From positions 124,001 through 188,000 of the forward strand of contig NW_005202237.1 in NCBI RefSeq assembly GCF_000372725.1: a DNA stretch of 64,000 bases, written 5' to 3'. Source of the stretch: Emiliania huxleyi CCMP1516 (Eukaryota). Position numbers and translations under genes: made by a program. The notes beneath the pieces were generated by a model. It made no database searches, was not told the DNA's origin, and saw nothing but the letters and a program-made list of their open reading frames with translations. Within the stretch, counting starts at the first letter, position 1, and the number at the start of each line of letters is the position of its first letter. Below are positions 57,633 to 64,000 of this stretch, one piece after another.

Positions 57633-57922
57633 ATGCCCCAACGCCTATGGTTGGAGCGCCAGCGTTGGTATCATGATTTCATGAATGGAAGAGGTTACAA
57701 GGATGAGATGCTTGCAGCCAGCGCTTCATGGGAGGTTCGCCATGCTTTTTTAAGGTGTATTATGACGATGAGGAAAGGTTTGGATACCTAGTGCGGAAGT
57801 TGCGTCAATTTCTGTGGAACTTCGTTCGGCGAGGGCGGTGGCGCCGCCTCATTAAACTCGTAGAGTATAAGCGTCGAATGGAGTTGGAGAATGTTGCACG
57901 TCGGTTAGAGTTTAACGAGTAG
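57633..57922 (+). CDS. Orphan ORF-B, paralogous to ORF-A, requiring a -1 shift at T_TTT_TTA (57746-57752)
   Basis: Frame 0 MPQRLW..NGRGYKDE..VRHAF; -1 frame FKVYYDDEERFGYLVRKLRQFLWNFVRRGRWRRLI..*. Confidence 0.4.
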
Positions 57923-58410
57923 TTGGCATAGGTTACTGCAGTGCCACGCGACCGTTATACACACGGCGCCCCTCTGAGATTCGATTGAGATGCACATGAG
58001 CTCGCCAGCTCGCGCGTGTAATTCGTCGATCGGCCGTCATGTTCACACATCTCACTGAGATTGTTATTCAAATTCCATGTTCACAGCAATTGTCTCCCCT
58101 TTTTTTTCACCACCTGAGATCCCGAATCTCAGCCCTGCAATTATGACCCCAACTGCCCTGCCCTGCCCTGCCGTACTGCCATGCCCGCACACTGCCGCAC
58201 AACTGCCCTGTGGCCCCTGCCCGATCCCCTACCTGCCCCGGGTGTGAAACCCACACTGCCCTGCCCGGCCCAAACCACACTGCCGAGGTGTGAATACCTG
58301 CCCGCTCCCGAGGTCTCGGAGAAACTTGTGGAGCCGTATATGGACTCCGTGTTGATTGAGCGACGCACACCCCTCTCTCTCCGCTCAGAGACCCACACGA
58401 CAGCCGCCTG

Positions 58411-61011
58411 CTAAATGTAGATCTCGCTCGCTGTGCGGCGGTGCGGTGCGTGGCGCGAGAGTATGGGGAGCCCTTCCTGGGCGCCCCCGCCACCTCCTCC
58501 ATCCAAGTTGACCAAGTCCCGTCTTCCTCCTCCCCAAGCACCGAGCCGCACGCTCCTCACCCGCGTGCGAGAGCCCGGTGCCTTAGCCCCCCGAGCCCTC
58601 AGAGCCAGCCATGCCCCCGGTCGGCCTCGGGGAAGCTTCACACACCGACTCCCGAGCAGAGCAGGAGGGCCTGACTCATGCTCCGAGGGGGGAGGGGCTG
58701 GCACCGGCCTCCGCACCGCGAGTGGCGACGTGCTCACTGCCCGCCTCACTGCCCGCCCCCTCCCGCGCCCGCCCTCGCCGCGTGGCACGCCTGGCAAGAC
58801 GGCGGGGGCAAGCCGAGTCACGGGCGGGCGAAAGGCAGCGAGGGGGCGTGTCCGCGAATCGGCCTGGTAGAGTAGAGCGGCGCCGAGCCCGTGCATGCCT
58901 ACAGAGCAGCGCAGAGGAGCGATCTGCAGCGATCTGGCCGCCTTGCAGTGCGAGGGCGGAGCGGCGGAGGCGGGCGGGCCGAGGTGCGCGAATTGAAGCA
59001 TCGACTGCCGGTGCAGCTGGTAGAGGAGGGAGAGGGAGAGCAGCAGTAGCGTCACCACCGTCACCAGATCCGAAGTGGAGTACGGCGTTCCCGAAGCGGC
59101 CACCGCGGCGCCAGCCACGCAGCAGAGCCAGCTCACCCCGGCAACCTCGCCCTCCGATCGCAGCCGCGCCTCGGCTGCCAGCGTCAGCAGCGCCGCCCCT
59201 CCGTGTGCAAGCAGCCGCCACGCGCCGAGCGACTCGAGCCCGCCGCCCCCCAGCCCTCCCGGCTGGGCCTCTGCTGCGGCTACCAGGCTGACGCACTGCA
59301 GCGCGCAAACCTACGGCCCAGAAGCCTCCTCGCGTCAGCGCCGCCCGCCTCCCCCTGCGCCTGGCCCCGCCCCCTGGCCCCGCCGCCGCACGCGCGCCTC
59401 GGCAGCGCGCGCGGGCCGCGGCAGCAGCGCCGGCCGCCGGTCGGGCAGCAGCCGCGCCGCGCCCCGTGCGGCCGCACTGCTCCTCGAGGCGTAGGTTGCG
59501 ATGGCGAGCGCGCTGGCGGCGGCGGCGACCGGGGTGGAGCCGCGGCAGACTCCGATGGCGGCGGCGGGCAGCGCGGCGAGCGGCTCGAGCGTCGGCCTGT
59601 GGGAGAAGGCGCGGGCCAGGGGTTAGGGGTTAGGGTTCGGGTCAGGGTGTGGGTTAGGGTCAGGGTCAGGGTCAGGGTGTGGGTTAGGGTCAGGGTCAGG
59701 GTCAGGGTGTGGGTCAGGGTGTGGGTTAGGGTTGCGGGGGAAGCCGCGGGCCGAGAGCGTGTGTGGGCGGTCTGGGCCGAAGGGCGGCCAAGGGAAGGGG
59801 CGGTTGGGCGGCGGTGGGGGGTGGGGNNNNNNNNNNNNNNNNNNNNNNNNNNNNNNNNNNNNNNNNNNNNNNNNNNNNNNNNNNNNNNNNNNNNNNNNNN
59901 NNNNNNNNNNNNNNNNNNNNNNNNNNTTGGGCGGCGGTGGGGCGGGGCGAGGGCGGGGCGAGGCGCCGGAGCGGGTCTAGCTTGACCATCTTAAGGACGG
60001 CGAGGTAGACCTGCCCGGCCCAGGTGATTGCGCACCTGGGCGGTGGGGACGGGAGGTGAGGCCAACGACGGGAGGAGAGGGCGGGAGGAGAGGGCGGGAG
60101 GAGAGGGCGGGAGGAGAGGAGTGGCGGCGGAGCTGCGATGGGAGGAGAGAGGTCGCGGGCAGCCGCTCGCCCGTGAATCACACACAAGCAGGCGTACCCG
60201 ACCGGGACCATGCGCGACGGGATGGAGCCCGCGTTGCCCCACACGAAGGCGGGGTCGGCCAGTCGAATGCCCCCGACCTGCGGGTGCGCACGCGGGCGCA
60301 CGCGGGCGCAGAGGTGAGGGGCAAGGGGAGGGCGGCGGAGAGCGTTGGGTCGCTGACACTTCGTGGAAGTGTCTGTGAAGTGTCTGTGAAGTGAGCGAGG
60401 GGTCGCTGACCCAGAAGCGAGTGTACATAAAGGTCAGCGCGAAGGCCGCCTTGATGGCGGGCACGAAGCCAGGGGGCCCCCGCCTGCCGACAAGGTTGTG
60501 CAGGGCGAGGAGCAGAGTCGCGACCTGCGCCGAGCGAGGAGGAGCGAGGCGCGGGAGTGGGCCGAGGCGCGGAGGCAGGAGGCCGAGGAGGCGGCGGCGC
60601 GGCATCGGCGTCGCATGCTCGGGATCGACGCGACGACAGCGCACGGCAGGCGGTTCGCGAGGCGCGCACCTCGACCGCCAGTCCCTCGCGGATGATCGGG
60701 TCGAAGGTTGGCCAAGCGAGATAGAGGAGCGTCACGCCGAGGTTGGCGAGGTGGTGGACGCGCATCACCGAGGCCATGTCGGGCTGCAGCAGCAGTTCGG
60801 CCACCATCTGAACCGCCATCAGAACATATGGCCAGAACAGCGGCACCGACGGCAGGAAGTAGACGGCGCTGAAGGTGCCCGCACAGGCGACGGTGAAGGC
60901 ATTCATGGCGTCGGATGCCTTCTCGGGCCTCCGCTCGTCGGCCTGGCGAGACGCGCCCGCCGACTGGTCCGTCGCGGTGTGGGCCACGGCCCGCCGCGAC
61001 GTGGGCGCCAT
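58411..61011 (-). CDS. TLC (TRAM/LAG1/CLN8)-like multi-TM protein with extra C-terminal TM region, multi-exon, spans an assembly gap
   Basis: MRVHHLANL (HH), AVE|VATLLLALHN, AAFALTFMYTRFW, WAGQVYL..ILK-like helix. Downstream hydrophobic exons; 3' end uncertain. Confidence 0.55.
59620..59735. repeat. Intronic degenerate telomere-like hexamer array (TTAGGG/TCAGGG/TGTGGG)
   Basis: gggttagggtcagggtcagggtcagggtgtgggttaggg... Confidence 0.85.
59827..59926. other. Assembly gap (100 N)
   Basis: Run of N. Confidence 1.
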
Positions 61012-61785
61012 CGAACCGCCGGCGTTCGGCCCACTAGGGTGGCCGCGGCGAGGAAGAGAATTCCGAGGCTACGTCAGCATTCTTTCTTTTCTAGAAGATT
61101 GCAGCGAGAAGCGGCGAGAGACTGCGAAGAGAGATAGGAAGAGGCAGACTCCCTAGGGTGGGCGACGGCTAGCGCACCACACACCTCTCCTTAAAATCCC
61201 TGTGTGGTGGCGGCGTGCCGTCCTCCCATCCCTCCCTTGGGTTGTCTGTTTTCTTTCTTTCTTTCTTTTTCTTTTCTAGGGACAGAAGGATTTCCAAATC
61301 GCAGTGAGGAGTTCACGCCTGGGCCCGAGCCGCTAGGGCGACAAGACGACAAGAGAGGCGCAGAGGGCGGTGAAGTGCGGTGAGGGGCCGAAGTCGAATA
61401 GGAAGAGAATTGAGACTGGAAGCGATCTCAATCAGGACGGCCGGCGGGCGAGCAGAGATCGTCTGCCAGTGCATCAAACGTGAGGACGCTCCATAGGATG
61501 CGGGCGGCGACCATCAGCAGCGTGTTACCGCTCACCCCGTCACGAGTGAAGGTCGCATCCACCCTCCCGCCGCCGTCGAGCCACGCCAGCACCGCTGCGC
61601 CGTCGCTTTGCCAAGCCGCAGCCAGGCAGCCACGATCTCGTCGGGAACGCTGCCCGCAGCGCCCTCCGCGCCACCAGAAGAGGACGCGTCAGTCGCTACC
61701 GACCTACCGTGGCTGCCCCCGATGCGCAAAGAAGAATTTACGTACGACCCAGTGTTGTGCAAAAAAGAAAATCGTAACCCCCTGG

Positions 61786-62764
61786 ATGGCGCCTGCCGCG
61801 ACAGCGCGTGCGTGGCTCGCGTCCGCTCTGCTCGTCTGCTCCTTGGCCTCGGCCGGAGCGCGGACGCAGCGCGACATCGCCAAGAAGACTGCTCAGATGA
61901 CCGAGGAGGACTGGCGCCGCGTCGAGGAGGAGTGGGAGACGCCCGAGGAGAGCGCGAGCGACGGCCCTGCTGCCCGTTTCGAGTATTCGCGCTCACCCTT
62001 CGCTGCTAGCGCCGCAGGAGAAGGAGGAGTACGAGTTCAAGCCGCCAAAGGCGCGCGGTCTGGACGTGGAGAAGCTGCAGCGCGAGAAGGACCCGAAGAA
62101 GCGGCAGCGAATGGTCGAGGACTCGCAAAAGACGACAGGGCCGACGATGATCTTTGCGACGGTCGACTACCCCGGCTGCTGCGAGGATAAGACCGGCACT
62201 GAGGAGATTGCAAAACGGTGCGCCGCGGCGTGCGCGCGCGGTCTGGCGCGGAGGCGAGAGAGCGGTCGCCTCTGTTTGCGCAGGTGGAATGCGCTGCTGG
62301 GCTCAAAGGGGATGGATGCGCAGGCGTACGTCGTCGACAACGCGACGATCCTCTTCTCGACCAACCATGGCCTGTTCGCCGACGAGGTGGCGCCGCCGCG
62401 CCCGCCTGTGCTCGCACTTGCGCAGCCGACCGCCTCGCCGCCGCCTCTGCTCAGATTGTCGAGTTTGCGCTCGAGCAGCCGGAGTGTGTCGCCACCGACT
62501 GGAACAGCAAGCGCTCGGGCGGTTGGTCGGGCGTGCCCAGCGGCCTGTCCTCTCGCTGACAGCGCGCCCTGCCCGCGTAGGCGGACGCCGGGCCCGGCGG
62601 AGACGCCCGAGTGGAAGGCGAAGGACGAGGTGCGCAAGGCTGCAAAGGCAAAGGCGGACGCAGAGGCGAAGGCGGCCAAGGAGGCGGCGGAGAAGGCGGC
62701 CAAGCGGGCTAAGCGGAGGAGGAGGAGGAAGAAGCGGGAGGCCAAGCAGAAGGATGAAGTGTAG
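61786..62764 (+). CDS. MESD/Boca-like ER chaperone with signal peptide and C-terminal KDEV, about 4 introns
   Basis: MTEEDWRRVEEEWE, GPTMIFATV..TEEIAKR|WNALL..DAQAYVVDNATILF..G..ADE|IVEFALEQPECV match the MESD pattern MMFVTV..TEEI..W..L..QRF......IF..G..WEIKDFL..Q..C. Confidence 0.72.
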
Positions 62765-63071
62765 TCACCTCATTCTTCTGCTGGGGCGGCGGTGGAGACG
62801 GAATGAGAGCCGTACACACACACAGGCGAGAGAGGCGTGGGCGCACATGCTCTAGGCGCACAAATGCACTATGCAGCGCCGCGGAAACATTATCCCGGGG
62901 CGGGGCCGATGTGGCGAAAGAGTGCTTATTAGGGAAAGGCGACATGCACGTGACATTTTGACCGCGGTGTCACGCAATGTGACAAAAAAGTTGAGTTCTC
63001 TCTCTGCGCTTGCAGCGTGTGGTTTCGGCTTTCGCGCGTAAGCGGGCGCGGCGCGCATCGCGCGGCCGTGC

Positions 63072-64000
63072 TCACAGCCGGCTCCGCGACTGCGGCTGTA
63101 GGGAAGACCAGCACCGCGCCGCCGCCTGCTCTCCCGTCTCCATCGCGCCGTGGATGCACGGGTTGACGCCGGCGTGGCACGCCTCGCCCGCGAGGAAGAC
63201 GCAGCCGTGCGCCGCCTCCCCCAGCGCGGGCCGCGCGCCATGCGCGCCGCGCGTCGGGTGCGAGTAGGCGCCGTGGACGTGGGGGTGGGCGGCCCAGTCC
63301 TTGACGAGGAAGCCGTCGCAGCTGCTGCTCGCGGGGTGGGGGTCGTCGCTGCTGCCAAACATCCCGTCGAGCTGGGCGAGCATCCGGCGAGCGATGTCTG
63401 CGTGCGGCAGCCTCCCCACCCGCTCCGCCCGCGCGCCCGCCACAAAGCCGACGATGGTGTAGGGCGGCGCCGCGTCGGGCCGCATCAGCTCGGCGGCGGG
63501 AGAGAGCCACACCTCCGGCAGGAACGAGTCGGAGCAGACGGCGTCGTAAAAGTCGGCCGGCCAGAAGCGGCGCCGCAGCCTCACGATCACCTTGAGCGCG
63601 GACCCCATCTTGAGCTTGCGAATCGCTCCTGCCTGCGGCGGCGGCAGCGGCGGCCGAAACTCCGGCTCCCCCCGCTGCAGTACGGACAGCGGCACGGTGA
63701 CGACGCAGGCGCGCGCGCGCACCACTCGGCCGTCGGCGGCGCTGAGCTCGACGGCGGCGCCTACTCCCCGCCAGCGAGCGCTCCGCCGAGCGAGGCGGGG
63801 GAAGGGGCGGGAGGGGGCGGTGCAGGGGCGGCACCGTCCGCGCCCCAGCCGGTCGGAGACGCGTCGATGCGCTGCACGCGCCACGCTGTCCGCACGTCCA
63901 GGCCGCGACCGAGCGACTCCATCGCGTCCTAGAGGCGCCCGCTCGGTGACACGTCCATGCTTTGTAGGGAGGCGGCCCTCGGCGCCGCAGCGGTCGCGAG
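63072..64000 (-). CDS. Flavin-containing amine oxidase (PAO/LSD1/MAO family), C-terminal part; gene continues beyond the window
   Basis: ARACVVTVPLSVLQ..F.PPLP..AIRKLKMGSALKV..F....FW, DW..P...GAYS, VFLAGEA..IHGAMETGEQAA. Confidence 0.9.
   Translation of the reverse strand, partial: RDRCGAEGRLPTKHGRVTERAPLGRDGVARSRPGRADSVARAAHRRVSDRLGRGRCRPCTAPSRPFPRLARRSARWRGVGAAVELSAADGRVVRARACVVTVPLSVLQRGEPEFRPPLPPPQAGAIRKLKMGSALKVIVRLRRRFWPADFYDAVCSDSFLPEVWLSPAAELMRPDAAPPYTIVGFVAGARAERVGRLPHADIARRMLAQLDGMFGSSDDPHPASSSCDGFLVKDWAAHPHVHGAYSHPTRGAHGARPALGEAAHGCVFLAGEACHAGVNPCIHGAMETGEQAAARCWSSLQPQSRSRL

Overview
Eukaryotic, very GC-rich genomic window with three 100-N scaffold gaps. It most resembles a haptophyte such as Emiliania (Gephyrocapsa) huxleyi; this is inferred from GC content, short repeat-filled introns with frequent GC donors, and gene content. 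About 22 protein-coding genes are recognisable: raffinose synthase/GH36, a tandem Cu-only-SOD-like membrane protein, ABHD/YheT hydrolase, uL22, a CX5R phosphatase, KIAA1328-like, Sec7-PH Arf-GEF, SmD2, gamma-COP, a patatin-like lipase, NEK kinase, FHA-F-box-LRR, CCT7, FAE1-type KCS, a two-TM channel-like protein, NOP53, a TLC-domain protein, a MESD-like chaperone and a flavin amine oxidase. Intergenic DNA holds nested non-autonomous mobile elements, several with readable TSDs or TIRs. The most striking pattern is a series of introns, in unrelated genes and at different stages of decay, in which one end is an 18-40 bp copy of the adjacent exon and the rest is telomeric or simple-repeat filler that supplies the splice signals. 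This looks like ongoing intron birth by duplication plus filler, and includes predicted GA-AG introns. A low-GC island with two paralogous orphan ORFs, one crossing an in-frame U_UUU_UUA slippery site, is a second highlight. All exon structures were read by eye and are approximate.
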